DNA from: Octopus vulgaris
Taxonomy: Eukaryota
Assembly: GCA_951406725.2 (NCBI GenBank)
Contig: OX597818.1
Coordinates: 105,834,001-105,898,000 of the forward strand
DNA length: 64,000 nucleotides
Reading direction: 5' to 3'
Shown here: piece after piece, positions 42,029 to 51,915 of the stretch
How positions within the stretch are numbered: the first letter of the stretch is position 1
How the letters are laid out: each line of letters opens with the position of its first letter
The notes under the pieces: generated by a model
What the model was told of the DNA's origin: nothing
The model's input: the letters and a program-made list of their open reading frames with translations, nothing else
The model's database searches: none
Translations under genes and position numbers: made by a program

Positions 42029-43291
42029 TCATATAAATAGATGTGTGTATTTTTCCCTTGTTAACAATTAACAAGGAAAATATATGTGGCTGTGTGGTAA
42101 GTAGCTTGCTAACCAACCACATGGTTCCGGGTTCAGTCCCACTGCGTGGCATCTTGGGCAAGTGTCTTCTGCTATAGCCCCGGGCCGACCAATGCCTTGT
42201 GAGTGGATTTGGTAGACGGAAACTGAAAGAAGCCTGTCGTATATATGTATATATATATAAGTGTGTATATGTTTGTGTGTCTGTGTTTGTCCCCCTAGCA
42301 TTGCTTGACAACCGATGCTGGTGTGTTTACGTCCCCGTCACTTAGCGGTTCGGCAAAAGAGACCGATAGAATAAGTACTGGGCTTACAAAAGAATAAGTC
42401 CCGGGGTCGATTTGCTCGACTAAAGGCGGTGCTCCAGCATGGCCGCAGTCAAATGACTGAAACAAGTAAAAAGAGTAAAAAAGAGAGAGAGTATGTGTTT
42501 GTGTGTCTGTTTGTTCCCCCAACATCGCTTGACAACCGATGCTGGTGTGTTTATGTCTCCGTCACTTAGCGGTTTGGCAAGAGAGACCGATAGAATAAGT
42601 ACTGGGCTTACAAAGAATAAGTCCTGGGGTCGATTTGCTCGACTAAAGGCGGTGCTCCAGCATGACTGAAACAAATAAAAGAATTTTATTATCAATCTTT
42701 AAAAGTGAAATTTTGATGCAAAGCCCTCTTTGAAAGGATAAATTGCTTAAAATTTTGTGCACCTCTAGTAAAGATTTCATTTCACAACCTTTTCTGGAAG
42801 CTAATTATTTTTTAACAAGGAATATGTCAAACATGTGTTATATAACAAATATTAACTGGAAAAATATCAAGTATTTGTGTTAAAGCATCTGTTTTATCTA
42901 AACAGATTTTCTGCTATAGCTGACTTTTTTTTCTTTATTTCAGTCATTAGGCTTAGAGTTAGAAGCATTGAAGTCAGGCCTAGAAAGGTAAGAAACATTT
43001 TCAAAATTTTTATCTATACTTTTTTTTTTATAAATATAAATCATTATCTGTGGAGATAATCTCCCATCAATCGATATCTATGTTGCTCTGATTTTTTCTC
43101 TAGGGCATGGAATAACAATAGAAACAAATATGGAATGTTTCTGTGGGCATGTATGCTGCTCTTGTTCTTGTTTGTTGCTCAAACAGGCTCATTTTTCAGA
43201 GAGAGCTTTAGAAGTCACACTAATTCTTTCTTCTAAAAGATGAATAGAACTGGTGATATACTGAAGTCAATTCAACCTTTTCTTTCCTTCC

Positions 43292-43322
<31 letters not shown>

Positions 43323-46300
43323 GACAGGCATTTTCCCTAATCCATAGAAATCAAAATTACTGTAACCTTGTTGGTATTTCCTGTTTACTTGATTATAATA
43401 TCTTCACTGAAGACTTATCAAATTTTGTGGAGTATAGGAGGAGGTTATTTTTTGTACTGCTTCTTATATTTTAAATGACTATGATGTATAAGTTCCTTTG
43501 CCAGCTGAATTCCTCCAAGCCATTTTAGTTGTGGCTAACATCAGCTTTTCAGCATTAGATTGGATAACTAATTAGCTGTCACATGCTTTGACTGTTACTC
43601 TGTATTCTACAAAGCAAAATACATGAGCCAGCTAGGGAAATCTTGTGACCACACTCAACCTGTGAGAAATAGCAGTGAAATCTCTCTTTAATCACACTCT
43701 ACTGTTTTCTAAAAGGAAGTACAGTGGATAATGTATAAATACATTGTTTGAAAAAAAATGAAGTTGGATTGAACATTAGTTTAATTACTTTCCTTGCTTC
43801 GTCAGGGCTGGCCTGGAGCTAAACAACAGAACACTTGATTATAGTGTGTACAGAATCATTCCAGAAATTTTTCTTGAGAAAGATATGACAGAGGTTCCCT
43901 GTTGCCTTCTGCCATTTTACAATTTACTCTTATTGCTTGCTCTCCCAAGTTTACTCTTGAGGTACAAGGTTTATTTAACTCTTAAGCAGTGAGATTGCTT
44001 CATGTGATGTCCAGACTCCGGTATACCTGTGACCTATGCCTAGTAGCCCTTTGAGTCTTGTCTGCTTGAGCCACAGGGCCATCTTCTGTTAGGCCCATAA
44101 CTGAGGCTTTTGATATGTACTACCATTCTGAACCAGAACAGACTTGGGCATAATGAGCTCTGAGGAGTAACTCATTACTCCCAAAACTCCTGACTTCCAA
44201 AACTGGAGCTTCACCACCAGATCCAGTTTAATGTCTTGAGTTTTAATATCTTTCCTTGACTGGATCATAACTCTTAGCACAAACAATACTAACTGGATGA
44301 TGTCACTCATGACACATTAATGTAATGGTTTTCGAATCTTATTTAGGTCAACTTTACCTCATCTTTCTGGAAGTTAATAAAATAATGTACTAATCAATTA
44401 CTGGGTTTGATTTAATTAACAAAACCCTCTCCCAAATCTAACTATGTGACTATCATAGAACCTTTATTGTTATTATTATTTTATTTTTATTTTAGTAACG
44501 ATGCAAGCAATGACGAAAGCAAACTTAAACTTACCAAACTCAATACTGTCCTTAACAATGTAATGTTAGAACTAGGTCAGTTAAAAGACTTCCAGTCCAC
44601 CTATTTGAATCTATTCAAAAATTGTTGTAAAAATGCCACTGCTTTCCAGTCTGCAGTCAGAGAAGAGGTTTATGCAGCCCTAGTGAAGGTAAATCAAAGA
44701 TTTTTGATATACTTTTTTATGTGTCTTACACTTACTGTGTTCTTAGTTATAAGTTCCCTTATCCTTATTGTCATCTTTTTGACATAGTCGTTTCAGTTCT
44801 GTCGTAATAAGAGGTAAATAAAAACAATCCAAATTACAAACTGTAACTCAATAAGGAAACTAGTAATTTTTTTTAAAGTCAATTATCTAACAATTACATG
44901 TCTGTGAATTATTTTCAAAATAGCTCAAGGATGAATTTATTTCAAAGTACAAATAATGTTGGTGATTATATGAAAGTAATAAAATATTTACCTTTTTATT
45001 TATTTGTTTAATATTCGTTTTTCCATGCTAGCAAAAATTTTGACAGGAATGTGTTTGATCAAGGATTCTACAGCTAGATGCTCTTCTTTAGCTGTTGTTC
45101 AAGTGAGGGTATATTTTACTCCCTAGTTCATTGAAAGTGCAGAGCAACTAATCTTGATGTTAACAAGGAATGTAAATATCATTCACAGTTTTGCTTAAGC
45201 AAAGTTGTAGGATATCAACATTGATGCACATTTGTGCACATGCATATATGGTTCCGTCTGTGTGTTTGTACAAAAGACTTCCACAATATTTCCATATACT
45301 ACACTCACTCACAAGACATTTAATCTATAACTATAATAGAATATACTGAATACATAATACTTTCAACTCAATAAATATGCAACATTTATGTTTATAAACA
45401 ATTGTTTTATTGTTAATCCCTTGTAACTGATAAATATTTATATTTCCCCCATTTCTAAGTTCTTTGGTTGTTTTCATTACCACCACCACCCTCTATGAGA
45501 TTTGAGTGGTTTTGAATGGAATTCGTATATTATTACTGTGTTACCCTTTATTAACTTCATACCTGTCTTCTGCTTTGTTGATATTATTGGTATTTTTTAA
45601 GTAGTGTAAGTCATTGAGTATAAAGATAAACTGCTGACAAGTTTATTTGAAGTTTATCACACTTGTCCTGTTAATTAATACAACTAGCCCTATCTTGTTG
45701 AAGTTAATGGCCTCATGCCTAAATTAGAATTAATTATTATTATTCACTATCAATATATCCACTTATTAAATATTCATATTCATTTTTTTTCTTTTTATCC
45801 ATTCATTCTGTAAAGACTCTTGGCATTGATGAAGATGGAGCCCAGTCTGGATCATCTAACTACCAAATCTTATCTTGGCTGCACAATAACTACATCAGTC
45901 GATCTGAACTTGAAAGTCAGCTTAGTAGTCTTACTGAAAGCTTGACTGCAAAACTGAATGATATGTTGGCCAAAGAGCAAGTGAATAAAACATTATATCT
46001 TGGTGGAGTCACTTCTGGAATTACTGCATCGGTGAGTAGGAGTTTAGTTAACTGGGGCCAGTTAAGTTAATCCACAAAATGGACCTTCCTGTATCACATC
46101 AAAGAAAATTTAATCTACTTTTCTTTTTTTTCTTAGGGGGTCCATTTCTGGCTTTCTAAAGGAAAAATTGTTTTATTTTGTCTTTTTCAGTTTGTTCGGT
46201 CATTGGTTGATGAAGCACTGGTGAAATTTAGCGCTGATAAAACTGGTTTGGCTGACTATGCCTTAGAATCAGGAGGTAAGTTTGCTTCATTAATTTTGTA

Positions 46301-48174
46301 ATCTGAGTTATAATGTTTATTGTGTGTCTGGATTATCGTACTGGGCATTATGGTCAGAGGCGTTGCACAAGAAGCACTCTGCACATGGCATTTGTGTCTG
46401 AAACACTGAATCAGGTTTTTCTGTCTGTAACATTGTACAGGGCATTATATCTGAGACACTATGCTAGACATCTGTGTCCAAAGCATTGTGTTGGGTATTT
46501 TTGTTCAAGGTACTTAACACTGTGTAACAATGTATACAATATAGTTTGCCTGTTAACATTTTTATGACTGTTTAATAAGTTGCTGAGTTTTATTGTCTAA
46601 AAGAAACTATCCAACTGTAGGAATCGATCATTTCTCTAACTATGATGTTACACAGTTAAATACAGGAAACCTGAAAGAAATTACTAGCATAAATTAGGAA
46701 AAGAATCATTTTTTTGAAGCAATATCCATCCATCTGATCACTATATCTTATGAAAATTTTATTTTATTCAGGTGGCAGTGTGATAAGCACCAGATGTTCA
46801 GAAACTTATGCCAAGAAAACAGCACTTGTTAGCATGTTTGGAATTCCTCTCTTCTATAAGTCTAATTCTCCCAGGACGGCCATCCAGGTATGTTGTTTTA
46901 GCAACCAATTAACAAAGGCAGTACAAATGCCTTTGAAGAATAAAATTTGATTTTCTTCCAAGAACTTCTACATGCTTTTACTAATAATGCAATGGTAATA
47001 AACTGCAAGCTAGCTGCTCCATGGTTTCTATACTGTCACTGGCACGTGTGTATGTGTGTGTGGGGGTTAGAAACAGTTACTATTCAGCAGAACAGTTTGA
47101 GTCAATATTCTCTTGTTTTTTAAATATGCAAACCAGTCCAAATTCCTGCATGAATGTACCAAGGAGTAAGTTGGGTTTTGCCCAGTTCTTTGGCCCTGAC
47201 ACACTTCATGAAGTTTATTTTGATGTCCTTAGAACTCATCACCATCTAATGCAAGGGATTCTCAATTGCTGGAACATAACTTTTTTTTTAACAGTGTATG
47301 AAATTAAATAACAAAAAGTAATTCACAATTTCATTTTAATGGCTGCCTCAATGTGTGATGCTTTTTCATGCCAATATGTACAGGATGGATGCGCAGAACT
47401 GCAGATTGCTACTTCTCTTGGTTTTGCATTATCTTATCAACAGGGTTCATCATTTTGATATCTGATCTCAATATTATCCACATACATGTATTTACATGCA
47501 CAAGAATCCCCTGCATTATGGAAGTATTGTGTTCTTGAAAATCTGACTATAACAGAAAGTTAAATTTTCCATTGATCTTCATTAAAGAAAGAACGTGTTC
47601 CAGTGGATTATTTTGAAAAACAATAACAAACAACACAACCACTTATATGCACAAAAATAATTTCTAAACATACACGGAAGTTCTGAAGCAGGCAGATCTC
47701 CCTAGCACCATCACAATCATGCGCAAGGCCCAGCTGAGATGGGCGGGCCACGTCTCCCGCATGTCCGACACTCGCATCCCAAAACAGCTCTTCTACGGTG
47801 AACTCGGCCAGGGCAGGCGCAAAGTCGGAGGGCAGAAGAAGCGCTACAAGGATAGTCTCAAGGTCTCTCTCAAAGACTTCTCCATCGGAACAGAGACCTG
47901 GGAGACACTTGCTGCCAACCGCTCATCCTGGCGCAGCGCAATCACCGTGGGAGCAGGGACAGCCGAGGAGGGACGGATTCGGTCAGCGGAGCAGAAACGT
48001 CAGATGCGTAAAGCCAGAGCCGCCTGCACCAGTAGCACGTCCCCTACCCACTTCTGCCCCACCTGTGGGAGGGGCTTCCTTGCCTGGATTGGCCTCACCA
48101 GCCACCTCAGGTCACATGGCGGCAGTTCCATCAGATGATGTCAGTTGGTCATCTTCGAACCGAAGGACGAACAT

Positions 48175-48225
<51 letters not shown>

Positions 48226-51200
48226 ACAATTATTTGGTAGCCATGATAAAACTCCAAGTTTTGGATGTCGGAGTGGAAACCCATGCCGGCATCTCTTCAG
48301 TTATCAGGCCATCGATGGCCCAATAACTGAAGAAATGCCGGTGTGGGTTTCCGCCCCAACATCCAAACTCGGAGTTTTATCATAGCTACCGAATAATTGT
48401 CACATATATTTACAGATAAATTCCTCTATTTACATAATATTGAGGTCTCTTTCATTCTTTTGTTGTCTTACCATTTCTGTCTATCTATCTCTATATATAT
48501 GAGAGAGAGAGAAAGAGAAAATATTTGAAGAGAAAAACATTAAATAAATTAAAATTGCAATATCACCAGCATCTACTTGAAGGGCAAAGAATTTATCCAA
48601 CATTGTGTGATGCTTGTGGCACAGCATCCCTTTATACAGATCAGTTTGGGATTGAACTCATTGTAAACTCCTTGTAATAGCCCTGTTGGGTAATTGATTA
48701 CGACAAATACCTATTATATTGTTTATTAAAAAAAATTAAATCTTATGTATTTACATTTGCATGTATAACTTGTATATTTTTATTTATCTCCAAATATTTC
48801 AGCCTGATGTTAATCCTGGTGAATGTTGGGCCTTCAAAGGAAGTATGGGAGTTTTGGTTATTCAACTTTCCCGTTTAATACGAATTACTGCCTTTAGCAT
48901 TGAACACATTCCAAAATCTATTGCACCTTATGGTCAGATTGACAGTGCTCCAAAGGATTTCTCCGTGTATGTAAGTATCCCATGTATTGTTATTGCTAAT
49001 GTTCAGAATGCTCACCCATTACACTCTCTGAGTGGTTGGTGTTAGGAAGGCATCAAGCCATAAAAACCATGCCAAATCAGACTAGAGTGTGGTACAGCCT
49101 TCCAGCTTGCCAGCCCTGGTCAAACCATCCAACCCATGCCAGTATGAACAACAGATGTTAAATGATGCTGATTCTTGGGGGAGAAAATAGTTATGTTGAT
49201 TCCAGTAAATATTTCTTGAACTTTTTCCACAGAGGACACAATCAATCTTGGTGTGACTTTAACCCAGAACACACAAGCATACCCGTAATATATTAAGTAT
49301 ACAATAGATTCTCTTTGTGAACTTATTCTGTCAATGTAACTATGCTAGATTGCTGGAAGTTTACCATCTATATGTGCACAACACTTTCTAAGACTGACAC
49401 AGGTTTAACCTATGTAGTTATTGTGGTACAGTGTGTAGATGCACAACTTTGTTTAACATGATTACCTAGTCCTTGGGTGGTTAGCCTGACAGGTCTAGTT
49501 TAAGATCATTACATCCTTCAGTGCTTTAGTAGAGTTCACTCTGTTGTAATCATTGAGTCAAACCTCTAGTCTCTTTGTCATACTTTTTTTTCCTGTAGAC
49601 ATTGATAGATATTCACTCTGGGTATCAGTCACACCATTCTGGGGAAACTTACAAAGGTACCTTCCCAAGGCCTGCAGAGCTCGCCCAGGTAGGTATGGCT
49701 GGCTGATTCACTGGCCAAACATCTATAGATCAATGTCTGCTGGAAAAATATGGGGAAGGAGAAATCAAGTGTCTAGTTTCCTGCTTGACTCCATCTTCAC
49801 CTTTTATCTAAAAAGAAAGTTTTTGCCATGGAGAAAAGCATAAACATTACAATTATCTTCTTCATAACTACCACTCTGCCACCACCTGAATTCAATAGAG
49901 CTTAGTAGCTATTGGTTGATACTTCTGATCATTGGAGTTCAAATAACTGACTCTATTTCTTGCACTTGTGTGGAAGGTTTTTTTTTCCTTAAAATAATTA
50001 AATTTTGTTATTAACTAACTTTCTGACACTAACATTAACCAACTATTCTCAATAAAATATTCCAGATCAAATTTATTTTTTTTCCCTTTTATTTCCCTTT
50101 TTTTAAGAGCCTGAATGACATTAATGACCAGGAAGGCATAAATCTTGGAAATTACACCTACATAGAGGATGGAAAACCACTGCAACAATTTCCTGTCCAA
50201 GTAAGTAACTAACTACTTTATATAATTCATTCCTCTCTTCCTTCAGACTCTCTCTGTCTCACACACACACACCAATTTATCGGATTTTCAACTTTCTAAT
50301 GAGTGTAAAATTTATCACCATCATTTAATGTCCGTTTCCCACGCTGGCATAGTTCAACAGGAGCTTCATGTTTGTTTTGGCATGGTCTCTACAGCTAGAT
50401 TCTTTTACACAGCACCGGTATGGGTACTTTTTATGTGGCACCCACAAGCCTGCAAAATTAGGAATGGTCAGCTGGAGAGGTATGCAGGGTATATCCTCTA
50501 TGCAAAGACAACCACAATTTTACTTAGCTTGACGTGTCTTCTCAAACACAATTTTAATTAGCTTCATGTGTCTTCTCAAGCAAGTTCAGAAAATAAATTG
50601 AAAGTAAATTTTTGTTCTATGAAATGTAAATTGAATGCATGCATGTATTTATTCATTTTTATGCCCATTTTTCTAGCATGAGTTATACAAAAACATTATT
50701 GAGGCATTGTTTTACAGGTGGATACCTGTCTATTACTAATCTGTGCCTGTTTTCAAGGAAAGAATTTTTTATTCCACATTTCTTGGCAAGCACAGAGAAT
50801 AGTGAACAATTTGTTGACACGTAATGACAACAAACTTCACTTGTAGCTCAAAATTTTTTATTCAAGTACAAAGTATAAACATTCACCCACACATACAATG
50901 GACTCCATGCAGTTTTCATTTAGCAAATTTATTCACATAGCATTGGTCAGCCCAAAGCTACAATTGAAGACACTTGCTCATGGTGTTATGCAGTGTGACG
51001 AAACCTATAAACCACTTAGTTGTGAAGCAAACTTTTTAATGACACGTTCCTACCTGCACCTATGTTGTTTCTAAATGCTCAAACGAGTAACTTATTGGTG
51101 AAACTAATATCTATCAGTAAGTCTATTATCTTCATTTTGTTTATTTCGTCTCCTACATGAACAGTGATGTCTTGTTTTAGGCAAGCTTTATTAATTATTT

Positions 51201-51453
51201 ATGTTTCTTATTAGTGCAATGTACAAGCTGTATAGAGACCATGTGCAAGCATTCTATCGCTACGATTACTACCTTTCTGAGGTCATCGAGTTCTGATATT
51301 CTTTGTTAGTAAATACATTTGTGCTGTTAAGTAACAATCCAGAGAAAACAGGATACAAACGTATAGTGCGGTAGTTTATTTAGGTTGATTTTGAAGAAGC
51401 AGCTGCATGCAATGAAAACCACTTGAGTAACAGGCTACAAGACTGGTTTAAAT

Positions 51454-51494
<41 letters not shown>

Positions 51495-51915
51495 TTAACT
51501 GAGAGCTAATATGGTATCCCCTCTGATAGTATATCCCTCCTCACTTATGTATATATATCCAATACAATTGTGTATATAGCTGCATTTTAAGATTTGGGTA
51601 TTCTGAATTTCAAATCCCACCAGGGTATATATTTATTTTACTATGGTGTTAAAAAAAAAAATAAGTATAATTGATATATTGTATTTGTCGTCAATTACAC
51701 ACTTTCAATTGTTTACTTTTCTGAAGTAAAGAAATTATTTGTATTACAATCTTAATTTTTAAATTTAAGCTAAATGTTTTGTTTTCTCTATCCCATTTCA
51801 GACACAGGATGCAGCCCCAACTCAATTAGTAGAAGTACGAATAAACAGTAACTATGGGAACTTGGAATTTACCTGTCTTTACCGATTCCGAATCCATGGA
51901 GTCCCAGAAAATTAG
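14283..51915 (+). CDS. SUN1: SUN domain-containing inner nuclear membrane protein (SUN1/SUN2, UNC-84/klaroid family), multi-exon gene, about 919 aa if ATG 14283 is used
   Basis: 19 GT-AG exons join in one frame (2760 nt including stop). Product has an N-terminal YTYS..SY...SPNMSRRNL motif, a TM helix, luminal coiled coils and a C-terminal SUN domain (ADKTGLADYALESGGGSVISTRCSETY, PGECWAFKG, SAPKDFSVY, SNYGNLEFTCLYRFRIHG). SUN1 vs SUN2 orthology is not resolvable and the 5' end is uncertain. Confidence 0.92.
22001..22320 (+). mobile_element. SINE-like element with (GAT)n tail, preceded by about 2.5 tandem ~60-bp units
   Basis: GAGTGGTTGGCGTTAGGAAGGGCATCCAGC...CCCATGCTAGCATGGAAAGCAGACGTTAAACGATGATGATG. 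Related copies at about 21190-21485, 32010-32190, 49010-49172 and 62925-63110 (-). Confidence 0.82.
23165..23520 (-). mobile_element. tRNA-derived SINE, same family
   Basis: Reverse complement of 42086-42480. Confidence 0.85.
24998..25744 (-). mobile_element. Internally deleted mariner element
   Basis: TIRs TATAGGGTCATCCTATAAAT / TTTATGGGATGACCCAATA. Internal sequence is similar to 33980-34370. Confidence 0.85.
26076..26108 (+). CDS. SUN1: SUN 33-nt exon (EPKTDYTYSES)
   Basis: TTTACAG acceptor, AG|GTAAGT donor, phase 2-2. Encodes the YTY part of the SUN1 N-terminal motif. Confidence 0.8.
27972..28174 (+). CDS. SUN1: SUN exon (KSYTVKCDSSCRSPNMSRRNLHR...SSYRS)
   Basis: Strong acceptor, CAG|GTTGGT donor. 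SPxMSRRxL motif as in vertebrate SUN1. Confidence 0.88.
29661..30440 (+). CDS. SUN1: SUN 780-nt nucleoplasmic exon with EEQRR repeats
   Basis: Part of ORF 29594-30448. TTCAG acceptor, G|GTGAGT donor, phase 1-1. Confidence 0.9.
29759..29884 (+). repeat. Coding 18-bp tandem repeat x7 ((L/F/I)EEQRR)
   Basis: (C/T)TTGAAGAGCAGCGGAGA units inside the 780-nt exon. Confidence 0.92.
31015..31520 (+). mobile_element. tRNA-derived SINE, diverged copy with nested insert
   Basis: Same head, core and tail as the 42086 copy. Confidence 0.75.
31322..31455. mobile_element. Small hAT-like MITE nested in a SINE
   Basis: Interrupts the SINE between TTCGCTTAAA and CCCTTCAAGG. End GGTTGCCCATGACTG, degenerate TSD GCTTAAAC / ACCTAAAC. 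Confidence 0.5.
31686..31709 (+). CDS. SUN1: SUN 24-nt microexon (GLDSDSEL)
   Basis: Long TC tract + TAG, AG|GTACTG donor, phase 1-1, frame-preserving. Confidence 0.75.
   Translation, partial: VLIQILS
32745..33420 (-). mobile_element. Decayed RTE-clade LINE ORF2 fragment
   Basis: LPKCLKRKVFNQCVL..MY.SETW...KLRATQRAME and downstream RW....EW...KGRP..W motifs on the - strand. Confidence 0.85.
33425..33538 (+). CDS. SUN1: SUN exon (DYNNDTDRY...RPKNRRRY...DNQK)
   Basis: TTTTCTTCCAG acceptor, GTGAGG donor, phase 1-1. Basic cluster is a possible NLS. Confidence 0.75.
33895..34888 (-). mobile_element. Mariner element of the same family, 3' truncated, with degraded transposase
   Basis: Same terminal repeat at 34868-34888. 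The - strand reads MEMTKEHIQHILL (mariner-type N-terminus) and PYSP near 33900, with frameshifts. Confidence 0.85.
34921..35125. mobile_element. piggyBac-like MITE (family B)
   Basis: TTAA flanks. Ends resemble CCCTTTCGTTAC / GTAACGAAAGGG of the 55717 element. Confidence 0.65.
35286..35367 (+). CDS. SUN1: SUN exon (SNQSFVTKCVTSVVEWFVPYETSAESQ)
   Basis: TTCTCAG acceptor, AG|GTAAAC donor. Phase 1 to 2 is required to link the flanking exons. Confidence 0.82.
36376..36464 (+). CDS. SUN1: SUN transmembrane exon (RSRRWLCCCCLPLLLLFLLPLLLAALWPV)
   Basis: CAGCAG acceptor, G|GTTAGT donor. Hydrophobic helix preceded by basic residues. Confidence 0.88.
37619..37698. repeat. (TC)n microsatellite upstream of SUN exon 37775
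   Basis: About 40 TC units. Other microsatellites: (TA)n about 2663-2702, (TTA)n about 17687-17722, (TG)n about 35409-35447. Confidence 0.95.
37775..37851 (+). CDS. SUN1: SUN exon (AGVAEKNSTYFINRFFILPLFNNKSE)
   Basis: Strong acceptor, GTAAGG donor, phase 1 to 0. Confidence 0.82.
38997..39215 (+). CDS. SUN1: SUN luminal coiled-coil exon (QQTIAPL...LERRISELMVQLQ...KTTAEM)
   Basis: TAGCAG acceptor, ATG|GTGATA donor, 73 open codons. Confidence 0.88.
39555..39623 (+). CDS. SUN1: SUN exon (EQLKLNQAQTMDERIAPLIAEAK)
   Basis: TTTCCAG / AAG|GTATTA, phase 0-0. Confidence 0.88.
40836..41063. mobile_element. piggyBac-like MITE (family A, full copy)
   Basis: TTAA TSDs, TIRs CCCTTTAGCATT / AATGTTAAAGGG. 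Confidence 0.82.
41828..42682 (+). mobile_element. Cluster of tRNA-derived (CORE-like) SINE copies: head, full copy, duplicated tail
   Basis: A/B-box-like TGGCTGTGTGGTAA...GGTTCAGTCCC and CTTGGGCAAGTG core. Heads at 41828 and 42086, tail repeated at 42494-42682. Confidence 0.85.
42944..42987 (+). CDS. SUN1: SUN exon (SLGLELEALKSGLE)
   Basis: Strong acceptor, AG|GTAAGA, phase 0 to 2. Confidence 0.87.
44496..44688 (+). CDS. SUN1: SUN exon (NDASNDESKLKL...KNCCKN...YAALVK)
   Basis: TTTTAG / AAG|GTAAAT, heptad pattern. Confidence 0.9.
45816..46031 (+). CDS. SUN1: SUN exon (TLGIDEDG...LSWLHNNYISRSELE...GITAS)
   Basis: AAG acceptor, G|GTGAGT donor, 72 open codons. WL..Y/F.....L motif typical upstream of SUN domains. 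Confidence 0.9.
46191..46275 (+). CDS. SUN1: SUN exon (FVRSLVDEALVKFSADKTGLADYALESG)
   Basis: Conserved ADKTGxxDYALES motif, canonical splice sites. Confidence 0.96.
46772..46887 (+). CDS. SUN1: SUN domain exon (GGSVISTRCSETYAKKTALVSMFGIPLFYKSNSPRTAIQ)
   Basis: STRCSETY containing the KASH-disulfide cysteine, and the KASH-lid FGIPL motif. Confidence 0.97.
47672..48172 (+). mobile_element. 5'-truncated RTE-type LINE 3' end
   Basis: ORF 47719-48138: QLRWAGHVSRMSDTRIPKQLFYGEL...GGQKKRYKDSLK...CPTCGR...GLTSHLRSH (C-terminal C2H2). GC-rich compared with flanks. Confidence 0.92.
48222..48404. repeat. 183-bp imperfect palindrome of two inverted hammerhead-like units (probable Penelope-like pseudo-LTR remnant)
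   Basis: Arms TGTGACAATTATTTGGTAGCCATGATAAAACTCC... and ...GGAGTTTTATCATAGCTACCGAATAATTGTCACA around central GGCCATCGATGGCC. Confidence 0.85.
48803..48970 (+). CDS. SUN1: SUN domain exon (PDVNPGECWAFKG...EHIPKS...SAPKDFSVY)
   Basis: Diagnostic SUN motifs, canonical splice sites. Confidence 0.97.
50108..50200 (+). CDS. SUN1: SUN domain exon (SLNDINDQEGINLGNYTYIEDGKPLQQFPVQ)
   Basis: LGxY/FTY..DG.PLQ.F motif, GTAAGT donor. Confidence 0.96.
51802..51915 (+). CDS. SUN1: SUN terminal coding exon (TQDAAPTQLVEVRINSNYGNLEFTCLYRFRIHGVPEN*)
   Basis: C-terminal SUN signature TCLYRFRxHG, TAG stop at 51913-51915. Confidence 0.97.
   Translation, partial: TQDAAPTQLVEVRINSNYGNLEFTCLYRFRIHGVPEN

Noticed and set aside
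42086-42150. tRNA gene
   Set aside because: A/B-box-like head continues into a multicopy SINE body; no cloverleaf.
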